A stretch of DNA of 62,539 nucleotides, filler included, from Chrysochromulina tobinii (Eukaryota): assembly GCA_001275005.1 (NCBI GenBank). It is 7 parts of 7 records of this genome, joined end to end, with 100 filler letters (N's around TTAATTAATTAA, not from the genome) between each part and the next. Parts side by side here need not be neighbours in the genome. Positions count along the whole stretch, not along the records: positions 9,741 to 19,372 come from JWZX01000955.1; 6 more parts are not named here. One strand, 5' to 3'. Within the stretch, counting starts at the first letter, position 1. Each line of letters opens with the position of its first letter. Made by a program: the position numbers and the translations under genes. This document shows positions 9,741 through 19,228 of this stretch, one piece after another. Under the pieces are notes generated by a model. The model saw nothing but the letters and a program-made list of their open reading frames with translations, was not told where the DNA came from and ran no database searches.

Positions 9741-12700
9741 GCCACCGCCGTGAGCTGCAGACCGCGGTGAGCACCAGCGCTGGCCTGACCAGCGCACTCG
9801 CCAACACCGCCGTCAGCCGCATCGTCCTTGCCTCCGGCACCTACAACCTCATCGCCGAGCTCAGCATCACCAGGAGCGTCATCCTGGAGGCGGCGGCGGG
9901 AGCCACAGTCACCCTGAACGCACAAGCGAGCTTCTCGAGTCCGCGCCGTGTGCTGAACATCAACCCGGGCTCGTCGGGCGTCGTGCAGCTGATCGGGCTC
10001 GGCATCACAGGAGGCTACATCAACTGGGTGCGCGCTCATTTTCAAAAGTTCCCATCGCCCCGATGGGAGACTCACGTTTGTGATCTGCTGGTTGTTTGCA
10101 GGGCGGCGGTGTCTATGTCAGGGGAGGCACAGTGACCATCTCATCGTGCACCATCAGTGGGAACACAGCATCTGTACATCATATGCGTGTTCATGTTCAA
10201 AAGTTCCAATGGCCCCGATGGGAAATTTGCTGACGAGATTGCCTCGACTCTCGCTTGCACAACTGCGAACGCTTCGTTCAACTACAGAGGGTACGTTCCA
10301 CAGAGACCTTGACCAACTTCCCATCGCCCCGATGGGAAAATTGCTGACGCGCTTGCCTCGACTCACGCTTGAACAACTGTGCGGCCGACGCTTCGGTCAA
10401 CTATAGCAAGTACGTGCCACAGCTGAATTTTTCCCATCGCCCCCATGGGAGACTCACGTTTTGCTCGTTGTTTGCAGGGTGGCGGTGTCTATGTCGGGGG
10501 TGGCTCAGTGACCATTGATTCGTGTACCATCAGTGGGAACACAGCAATTGTGCGAGCTCATGTTCAAAAGTTCCCATCGCCCCAATGGGAAGATTGCTGA
10601 CGCGCTTGCCTCGACTCTCGCTTGCACAACTGCGGCCAACGCTCCTGTCAACTACAGGGGGTGCGTGCCACAACTGAAATTTTCCCCATCGTCCTCACGT
10701 GAGACTCACGTTTGCTCGTTGTTTACAGGGTGGCGGTGCCTTTGTCGAGGGTGGCACGGTGACCTTCTCATCGTGCACTATCAGTGGAAACACAGCATTC
10801 CCGGTGCGCGCTCACGCTCAAATTTCCCCATCGCCCCGATGGGAAGATGGCTGACATGCCCAAATCGACTCTCATCTAACAGGGATATGTACGTGCCAGA
10901 CACGCCTGCAAACTTCCCATCGCCCCGATGGGAAAGTTGCTGACGCGCTTGCCCCGACTCACGCTTGCACAACTGCAAACGCTTCGGTCAACTACAGGGG
11001 GTACGTGCCACAGAGACCTTCCCATCGCCCCGATGGGAAAACTGCTGACGCGCTTGCCTCGACTCTCGCTTGCACAACTGCGGCCAACGCTCCTGTCAAC
11101 TACAGGAGGTGCGTGCCGCAACTGAAATTTTCCCATCGTCCTCACGTGAGACTCACGTTTGCTCGTTGTTTTTACAGGGTGGCGGTGTCTTTGTCGAGGG
11201 TGGCACGGTGACCTTCTCATCGTGCACTATAAGTGGGAACAGAGCTAACGATGTGCGTGCTCCTGTTCAAAATTTCCCATCGCTCCTCATAGGAAACTCA
11301 CGTTTTGCTCAATGTTTGCAGGGAGGCGGTGTCCTTGTCGATTCCGGTAGGGTCACGATAACGTCTTCCTCGATCTACGGGAACACAGCGGAAGTGCGTG
11401 CTCATCTTCAAAAGTTCCCATCGCCCCTGATGGGAGAATCACTGACGTGCTTGCACCGACTCACGCTTGCACAACTGCGAACACTCCGGCCAACTACAGT
11501 TTGTACGTGCCACAGATACCTTGCAAACTTCCCATCGCCCCGATGGGAGAATTGCTGACGCGCTTGCCTCGACTCACGCTTGCACAACTGCGAACGCTTC
11601 GGTCAACTACAGTATGTATGTGCCGCATTCCTTGAAAAGTTCCCATCGCCCCGATGGGAAAATGCCTTGTTGACATGTCCATTTTCGATTCTCATCTTTT
11701 ATGATGGGTGCTGCCTCGAACTACCAGGATGGAGTACGTGCTAGCCTGAAACTTCAAAAGTTCCCATCGCCCCGATGGGAAAATTGCTGACGCGCTTTTG
11801 CTTTGATGCTCGCTTGCACAACTAACGCTTCGGTCAATTACAGCAAGTACGTGCCGCAGAGACATTCCAAAGTTCACATCGCCCCAATGGGAGATTTGCT
11901 GACACGCTTGCTTTGATTCTCGCTTTCACAACTGCTAACGACGCTTCGGTCAACTACAGGGAGTACGTGCCGCAGAGACCTTGAACACTTCCCAACGCCC
12001 CGATGGGAAAATGCCTTGCTGACGCGTCTATTTCGATTCGATTCTCATCTTTTATGATGGGTGCTGCCTCGAGCTACCAGTCTAGAGTACGTGCCCTCTG
12101 CGCCTGAAACTTCAAACGTTCCCAGTGCCCCAATGGGATTTTCACATGTTTTGCACTTGTGCGTGCAGGGCGGTGGTGTCTTCGTCAGAAGTGGCATGGT
12201 GACCATCTCTTCGTCCACCATCAGTGGCAACACAGCTCTCAGCGCTGTGCACGTATGTGCAAGCCTTGCCTGCAAATCCCCATCCCTGGGAAAATGGCTG
12301 ATGTGCTTGCCTCGACTCTCGCTTACACAACTGCGGCCGATGCTCCGGTCAACTAATGGATGTACGTGCCGCAGAGACTCAATATTTCCCATCGCCCTGA
12401 TGGGAAAATGGCTGACACCCTTGCCTCGACTCTCGCTTGCACAACCGTGGCCGACGCTTTGGTCACCTACAGGATGTACGTGCAGCAGAGACTGAAAACT
12501 TCCCATCGCCTTGCTTTTGTGACCTGCTTTGTGCCCTCTCGTTCCCCTCTTCAGACCCAGGGGGGCAATGTCTATGTCCAAAAAGGCGCCTCTGTCGTCT
12601 GCTCCTCGGGAACGACCCTCACCGGCGTCACTTGGGAGGGGGGCTCAATAGAAGCAGACCCGACTTGCGAACCAACGGGCGTCATCGTCGGCGTCGTCGT

Positions 12701-13535
12701 CGGCGTGATCCTCGCCCTCGCCCTCGCCCTGGTCATCCTGCACCGCCGTCGCCGCGATATGCGCCGCAAGGAGGCCCAAAAGCCACCGGCGTGGTGGAAT
12801 CCGCACAAACCCGCCTTCTACCTTTTGCCCCGCGCGGCCGTGCTGGGCGCCAGGACCAAGCAGCTGGGGCGTATGCAAGAGCTGCGCGACTCGCTGCAGC
12901 TCGTGAAGCTGGCCATCGACCTGAACGAAGCCTTCCAGGGCGAGGGGCTGATCGAGAACATCCTCATCGTCAGCCACAGGTGGGAGGACTCGATGACGCC
13001 CGACGAGACCGGCGCGCAGCTGGCGGCGCTCCGGGCGCACCTGAGGGCCCACCCCGAGCTCCACTACGTCTGGTTCGACTACGCGTGCATGCCGCAACGT
13101 TCGGGCTCGGCACACCGCTCGGGCACGGACGGCCGCACGAAAGCGGAGAAGGCCGAGTTCAACCTCATGCTCGGCGCAATCGCCGACCTCTACCTGACGG
13201 CCAAGGTGTTGATCCTGCTCGACACCATGTACCGCTCGCGGTTCTGGACGACAATGGAGGGCTGGTGCGCGATGCAGAAGGTGACATCGCAGGGCGTGCG
13301 CCCGGCAAGGGAGGGCGAGTCACGTGTCACCGTCGTGTGCATCCACAACGCGACGCAGGACGACAAACAGGCCCTGCTGAAGATGTCGACCAAGACGCCG
13401 ACGGAGATCTCCAACTTCCTCGCGTCGCCCGACGTGGCGGTGACCAACAAGAAGGACAAGACGACGATGCTGCCGATCGTCGGCAAGACCGACGAGCACG
13501 TCCGGGAGATGATGAGCGGCATGCACAGCTGCTGA
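9741..13535 (+). CDS. Micro-exon-rich receptor-like gene: Pmp-like beta-helix ectodomain, TM helix, HET-like domain (5'-truncated)
   Basis: Large exons at <9741-10027, 10102-10173, 10478-10549, 10729-10803, 11178-11252, 11322-11393, 12169-12246/12252 and 12561-13535. The six middle exons each encode one GGGV(Y/F)VxGGxVTIxSxTIxGNTA repeat, all phase 0. Fourteen 3/6-nt micro-exon slots lie between them. TM GVIVGVVVGVILALALALVIL-HRRRR. HET-like motifs IVSHRW, YVWFDYACMPQ, DLYLTAKV, YRSRFWTTME. Confidence 0.75.
10028..12560 (+). repeat. Array of about 21 homologous intron cassettes (about 70-125 bp), each with a TTCCCATCGCCCCGATGGGAA hairpin or a degenerate copy
   Basis: Repeated consensus GT(A/G)CGTGC...AAGTTCCCATCGCCCCGATGGGAAAATTGCTGACGCGCTTGCCTCGACTC(T/A)CGCTTGCACAACTGCG..CGCTTCGGTCAACTACAG. 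Confidence 0.9.
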
Positions 13536-14085
13536 ACCTGAGGGGTTTCGCTTTGGCTTTAGTCATACTTTTGGAAGAGGGGAGGGGGAAGCGAGGAGGT
13601 GGGAGCGTTGGGGCGCCATCTTGGCGTCCAGAGGCAGATCATTCCGAACAGCAACTCAGGTGAGGAACTATGCTCCATCCTCCATGGAGGGGTGGTCCGG
13701 TCCCTTGAGAAATGTGATTGGAAAGTGTCGTGTGATTTACATGTGCCCGCATGCTGAGGCGCGCGCGGGGGGGCGGGGGGCGGGGGGCGGGTCCTGACTC
13801 GCTGTCTTGGCTGTTGCCATGCCTGCTCGCCCGCGCGGAGAGAGGACCGAGTGGTGCATGATGATTGTCGCGCTTGAGGAGGCAGCCGCGAGGACGAGTG
13901 AGCACGAGGTCGGTTGCGTGTGCGATCATTGATGTGAGCCCGCCGGCGGACCCGAGCGCCGAGGAGCGGAAGACCCGCCGGAACGCGGAAGCGAACGGGA
14001 CGCGAAGGTGGAAGTCGTGCTGTGTAGGGTCTGCACCTCTGGTCTACGATGCGGTCGACGATGCGGTGACACGCGCGGTGTGGCG

Positions 14086-14137
14086 TGGTCTACTATTTTT
14101 TATGTTTATAAGGCGGCCCAACCCTACACCTGTTTGG
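14086..14137 (-). repeat. Dispersed ~52-bp repeat, reverse complement of the unit tandemly repeated at 50081-50306
   Basis: The reverse complement CCAAACAGGTGTAGGGTTGGGCCGCCTTATAAACATAAAAAATAGTAGACCA closely matches 50093-50142. Confidence 0.85.
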
Positions 14138-14244
14138 TGTATCCGACGTAATGTGGGGTGCGGTGCGTCGTTGCGCGCGCATTTCGCATTTGGTTTGGGG
14201 CGCTTCGTCTCTCACCCGCGGGTCCAAGGGGTACCCCAAGTGAA

Positions 14245-14590
14245 GGTCAAAAAACAAAATCTCGCGCCCCACTATGTTGAAACACCATAGGGTAGACGTC
14301 GGTAAGCACCTGAGTGTTGAAAGCAACCCTCCCCCAAGGTCAAATTCTCGCGCCCCACTATGTTGAAACACTACCCCAAGGTCAACATAGTGGGGCGCGA
14401 GATTTTACCTACGCTAGGTCATAATCTCGCGCCCCACTATGTTGAAACTGTACCCTTCTACCCTATGGTGTTTCAACATACTAGATTACACTTAGTGGGG
14501 CGGCGCGAGACTTTGACCTTGGGGGAGGGTTTCTACAACACTCTGGTAATTAGAAATTCCCTATCTTGGTGAGTTTCAACATAGTGGCAG
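14245..14590. repeat. Foldback-like cluster of direct and inverted 23-bp CTCGCGCCCCACTATGTTGAAAC copies (probable non-autonomous TE remnant)
   Basis: Forward copies at 14261, 14347 and 14426. Inverted or partial copies near 14381, 14470, 14493 and 14573. Confidence 0.7.
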
Positions 14591-14811
14591 GCCTCTGCGC
14601 CTCTGGCATGAAAAACCCTAAGCAGGCGGTTTTAATGTAATTATATGTAGTTATGTCATGTACCCACATCGGCCAATCACCACCCTCACGTGTTCGCACA
14701 TCGGCGCCTCCATACAACAATCACAGCACACCATGCAACACACGCCCCGACGGGCCCGCTTCGGCCGCCGGCCGCGCACGCTATATAGGTAGCTGTGATG
14801 CCCCGGGCGAC

Positions 14812-16722
14812 TCAGACGGCGGTGTCGACGCGTTTGCTCAGCTTGCTAATTGGCGCCCCTTGCGGCGGCCCGTCGCCAAAGTACGAGGAGTATGCACCTC
14901 GCTCAACCGCTCGCTCGAGGCGTGACGTGGCCATGTCGTCGTCGGGCGTGCCGTACTGAGTGCCGTACGAAGACTTGGAAGTGAGGCGCCCATCCTTACG
15001 CGATGGGTTGCCTGGGATGAGGGTCGAGTCGTACACAGGCACGTGTAACTGCTCTGCATGTTCGTGGGGCGGCTCGTTCGTGAAGTGCTCGGGCGGGTCA
15101 CGAAGCAGTAGGATGAATTTCATGCGACCCGAGATGCAGCAGTCGAGAAGCACGCAGCAGCCGAGGAACATGGAGAGGCCGACGAGGACCGCAAGCAGTA
15201 GGCAGAGCAAAAGCGCAATGTTGTACAGGCGCGGCGTGGAACGATTGCAGTCGTCTCCAGCGAAGGTGAAGTAGCACAGCATGATGCCCCATGCGACAAA
15301 GAGGATCGCGAGGATCGCAAACGAGACCGCCTTTGCCTGCAGCCTGCCGCGCCACATGGCCACTTCGTAGTGTGAGCGTGGCGGTGGCTGCGGGACGCTA
15401 AAGAGGTCGACAATGAAGCCGAAGAGGGTGAGGACGAGGCCGGTGATCACGAAGACGAGCAGCAGCCAGTGAATGGGCGAGGGGGCCCCCGCCACTAGCC
15501 AGCCCCACACGTCGGACTGGAACGTCGTCCCTGGGTCGAAGGCGGGGCACACGATCTCCCACGAGCTCCACAGCTGCGGCGGATGGAGGTGAGGGGGTGA
15601 GGGGGTGAGAGACACGAGAGGGAGGAAGGGGGAGGGAGGGAGTGGAGTGAAGAGAGGGTGAAGTGTAGGGAGGGTGGAGTGTAGGGAGGGTGGAGTGTAG
15701 GGAGGGTGGAGCGTAGGGAGGGTGAGGTGTAGGGAGTGGCTCACCTCGAAGCCCATGAAGAGGAAGAACCAGAGCAGCGCCGCGGTGTTGACGAACAGGG
15801 CGACGAGCGAGCGCCCAGGCACAATGCACCCGGGCGCCATGAGCAGCTGCAGTAGCCCGACGCAGCACCATCCGAAGCGCGTGTTGCTTCCGGCCAGCGG
15901 GTTGACATAGTGCTTCTTGCCTTCGTCCTGGCCCCGTGGCGGGAGCTTGCGTGCCACCTGCACGGCACCAGCTATGTTGACGGGCAGCTCGCGCTGACTA
16001 CTTTCCTGCCCTTGCCCATCTATCCTGCCCTCGTCATCTATCCTGCCCTTGCCGCCGCCCTTGCCCAAGTCGGCTCCAATCCGGCTGTCGGAGAGCTCGG
16101 TATACTCCACGTCGACGCCCACTGTCTCAACGCATCCGATCATGCACAGTGCGATCGGCGCGCACAGGCAGCGCGAGAGGAGTCGCACGAGCGGCACCGA
16201 GAGGAAGAGCGTGGCGAGGATGGCGAAGAAGAAGGCGGCGGCGACGCTCCATCGATAAAGAAGCGGCGCCGTCTCAGAACAGCTGTAGCGCGTCTTGACA
16301 GTCTCGTAGATCAGGAAGCTGCCAGCAACGCTCAGCAGTAGGAAGAAGACGATGAGCAGGAAGAGGTTGGTGTACGACGGCAGCGACGAGAGCCGTGCGT
16401 AGTGAAGCCACTCGCGGAAGAGCAAATAGACGAAGAGCAGGCCGATGCTGGCGTAAATGACAAGAAATAGCGGGAGCAGCGGAGGGTTTGTGCCATCGCA
16501 TGGCGTGTTCCAGTTCAGGATGCCGACGACCAGCATCGCGATGTGGAAAATCAGCAGCACGAAGATGGCCGTCGCTGCATGCATGCGTCGCCCGAGCCGC
16601 GCGTGCGGTGCGAGCTCCATGCGCACCGGATGCATGATCGGCGTCGCCTCATCCGGGTCGATGGGTCCTCCGCCGCCCGTGCGGAAGCGAACCATGCCAC
16701 GCCCAGGGCTTGGACAATTCAT
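14812..16722 (-). CDS. Multi-pass membrane protein with two similar TM modules; in-frame intron 15574-15744
   Basis: About 8 hydrophobic helices. Repeated C..T.P.LY motif (CSETAPLLY, CNRSTPRLY). GT-AG intron filled with a CCCTACACTCCA minisatellite. Confidence 0.75.
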   Translation of the reverse strand: MNCPSPGRGMVRFRTGGGGPIDPDEATPIMHPVRMELAPHARLGRRMHAATAIFVLLIFHIAMLVVGILNWNTPCDGTNPPLLPLFLVIYASIGLLFVYLLFREWLHYARLSSLPSYTNLFLLIVFFLLLSVAGSFLIYETVKTRYSCSETAPLLYRWSVAAAFFFAILATLFLSVPLVRLLSRCLCAPIALCMIGCVETVGVDVEYTELSDSRIGADLGKGGGKGRIDDEGRIDGQGQESSQRELPVNIAGAVQVARKLPPRGQDEGKKHYVNPLAGSNTRFGWCCVGLLQLLMAPGCIVPGRSLVALFVNTAALLWFFLFMGFEVSHSLHLTLPTLHPPYTPPSLHSTLPTLHPLFTPLPPSPFLPLVSLTPSPPHLHPPQLWSSWEIVCPAFDPGTTFQSDVWGWLVAGAPSPIHWLLLVFVITGLVLTLFGFIVDLFSVPQPPPRSHYEVAMWRGRLQAKAVSFAILAILFVAWGIMLCYFTFAGDDCNRSTPRLYNIALLLCLLLAVLVGLSMFLGCCVLLDCCISGRMKFILLLRDPPEHFTNEPPHEHAEQLHVPVYDSTLIPGNPSRKDGRLTSKSSYGTQYGTPDDDMATSRLERAVERGAYSSYFGDGPPQGAPISKLSKRVDTAV

Positions 16723-16799
16723 CCATCCTGTGTTTCCTTTTTAGGAACTGGAAGCCAACTTTCATGTACTATGCCTGCATGCCAATATGACCGCTTCCA

Positions 16800-18148
16800 G
16801 TAGGTCCGGGAAATCGGTGCAAACCCTGTTCAGGGTCGGGGACCCCTGATCAGCCTCCCCGTGCGTGGCGACCAACCGTGCCCCAATATATTGATATTTC
16901 AAATGAGACCCCTGATCGGAGGCCCAATCCAGAGCGCGTTCAAGGCGGAGAGGAAGCCGGCAAGAGGGGCTGATCAGGCCTGATCAGGGTCGCACTGGTT
17001 GGGGGTCTCAAAGGGCCCCAGCCTCTGTAGGGGCTAATCAGGCCTGATCAGGGTCCGACTGGTTGGGGGTCCCATAGGGTCCCAGCCTCTGTAGGGGCTG
17101 ATCAGGCCTGATCAGGGTCGCACTGGTTGGGGGTCCCATAGGGTCCCGCAGCCTCTGTAGGGTCTGATCAGGCCTGATCAGGGTCGCACTGGTTGGGGGT
17201 CTCATAGGGCCCCAGCCTCTGTACAGCCTCTGTAGGGGCTGATCAGGCCTGATCAGGGTCGCACTGGTTGGGGGTCCCATAGCATCACCCAGAAGACCCT
17301 ATGGGACCGCGTTACTGGCCCAGCATAACGACGCCTTACAGGTGGAGCGGTATGACTAACCACGAGAAGATTAGGAAGCACTTGCACAGGCCCAACATGA
17401 GTTTGGGTATGTGTTAGGAAAACGTACGCGTTACTGGCCCCGCATAACGACGCCTTACAGGTGGAGCGGTATGACTAACCACGAGCTATTACGGAACCAA
17501 GCCACAGGCGTAGCCAACCGCCCACCACAGTGTGGCTTAGGCGGGACGCACTTGCACAGGCCCAGCACAACCCAAGCTGATCAGGCCTGATCAGCCCCTA
17601 CAGTGGCAGGGACCCTATGGGACCCCCAAACATGTGCGACCCTGATCAGGCCTGATCAGCCCCTACAGAGGCAGGGACCCTATGGGACCCCCAACCAGTT
17701 CGACCCTGATCAGGCCTGATCAGCCCCTACCGAGGCTGGGGCCCTATGGGACCCCCAACCAGTGCGACCCTGATCGGGCCTGATCAGCCCCTACAGAGGC
17801 TGGGACCCTTTGAGACCCCCAACCAGTGCGACCCTGATCAGGCCTGATCAGCCCCTACCGAGGCTGGGACCCTCCAGATCCCTGTCCCTCTGCCCGCGAC
17901 GCCTGATCAGGCCTGATCAGCCCCTCCAGAGGCTGGGACCCTCCATCCCTGTCCCTCTGCCCGCGACCGGCGTGCGGCGACCCTGATCAGGCCTGATCAG
18001 CCCCTCCTGACCGGCCTCTCCTATCAAAATCGGGTAGTTTTGCACCTCATGCGCCGGGCACCTTGAAAATCAGCTCTTTAGACCTTTCGACCCTGATCAG
18101 GGGTCACCGACCCTGAACAGGGTTTGCACCGATTTCCCGGATCCTCTC
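16800..18148. mobile_element. Non-autonomous Mutator-like (MULE)/foldback element
   Basis: 49-bp TIR core (16805-16853 vs 18093-18141, 1 mismatch). G...C termini. 9-bp target-site duplication CCGCTTCCA at 16791-16799 and 18149-18157. Inverted arrays of ~60-bp subterminal repeats. No transposase. Confidence 0.85.
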
Positions 18149-18205
18149 CCGCTTCCAAATAAATGCTCTAGTGCGTCTAACCGTTTTTTGCTTTGTCGCC
18201 TCACT

Positions 18206-19228
18206 TCATCTTGCCCTTGCCGGGCTCGGCACCGGCGCGGGCGCCACCGTCGGCCCGCGGTTGGCAATGAGCGAGAGGAAGCAATTGTAGCCGATCTGGA
18301 TGGTGTTGATGTACAGCACGCGCTGCGAGGACGGGATGATACGGAAGTTGATCGCGTGTGCCAGCGGCCACACCATCCAACTACCGGTCACCTGCCGAGC
18401 GCACGCACGCGGCCGAACGGAAGCAACGCGCAGCGCCGTTAGGTCGGGGCGCTGTGTCGGGCAAGGCAACCTGGTAGAACGGGCACCGTCGAGGCGAGGA
18501 CGACGAGCGGGTGGCGGTGGCGGTGTGAGAAGGGGCCCTCGGGGCACTGGCACGCCATCCACCTGGGTCACTAGCTCGTCCTTCATCTTGTCGAAGACGT
18601 TGCCGAGGCCCTTGAGCTCCGCCGCGGCAATGTAGCTAAAGAACATCATGCCAAAGATCGGGGCCCAGAACACCTGGTCGACGAGCACCTTCGCAAAGAC
18701 CACCTGAGCCGATGTGCCCGGGAACTTGCCGTCCAGCCATCCGTAGAAAACGTGGGAGGAGGTGCCATGTACGAGGAAGCCAAAGGAGGCGAGGCGGAGG
18801 AGCCGCAGAAAGTCGAATGAGTCGACTTTCTGGATGACTTTCTGGGCGAGAATGTCGCCGAGCGCGAAGCCGGTCAACGAGGTGAGGGCCTTCATGAGCA
18901 GTGGCGTCTCCTCAAGCAGCTGTTCATAGCGCTTCCACATTTGCATCATAGGCGTGCTGTCGCCCTCGTCGTCGCTTGAGCCTGCCGTCGATCCCATGCC
19001 GCCATCGCCGCCGTCGGCGCCGCGGATGCCGCCCGCTCGCGAGCCGCCCTTCCTGAACATCGGGAACTGGGGCATCGTCTTGCGGACCGCCAGAATCCAC
19101 GAGCGGCCGATGAGCATCTCCGGCGCAGCGGTGCGGCTAGCGGCTACCGGCACGGCCGCGCGCATCGGACAAGCCGGCGCGACCACGAGCGCCGACGCCG
19201 TCGACGCGAGCGCCGCCCAAACGAGCAT
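18206..19228 (-). CDS. Mpv17/PMP22 family protein with bipartite (probably plastid) presequence; intron 18392-18562
   Basis: Motifs PLLMKALTS...GDILAQ, KVLVDQVFWAP, WPLAHAINFRIIPSSQRVLYIN. N-terminal signal peptide ending ASAL plus an Ala/Arg-rich transit region. Confidence 0.85.
   Translation of the reverse strand: MLVWAALASTASALVVAPACPMRAAVPVAASRTAAPEMLIGRSWILAVRKTMPQFPMFRKGGSRAGGIRGADGGDGGMGSTAGSSDDEGDSTPMMQMWKRYEQLLEETPLLMKALTSLTGFALGDILAQKVIQKVDSFDFLRLLRLASFGFLVHGTSSHVFYGWLDGKFPGTSAQVVFAKVLVDQVFWAPIFGMMFFSYIAAAELKGLGNVFDKMKDELVTQVDGVPVPRGPLLTPPPPPARRPRLDGARSTRLPCPTQRPDLTALRVASVRPRACARQVTGSWMVWPLAHAINFRIIPSSQRVLYINTIQIGYNCFLSLIANRGPTVAPAPVPSPARAR

Noticed and set aside
10028..12560. Regular palindromic repeats resembling a CRISPR array
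   Set aside because: The intervening sequences are themselves homologous, units carry GT-AG splice signals, the context is eukaryotic and there are no cas genes. Better explained as intron cassettes.
10080..12581. Many short ORFs with repeated PIAPMGKLLTRLPRL peptides
   Set aside because: Translations of the intron cassettes, not independent genes.
14261..14448. Three 23-bp direct repeats ending GTTGAAAC with 56-63-bp gaps (CRISPR-like end motif)
   Set aside because: Inverted copies lie within and after the gaps, spacing is irregular and there are no cas genes. Foldback TE-like instead.
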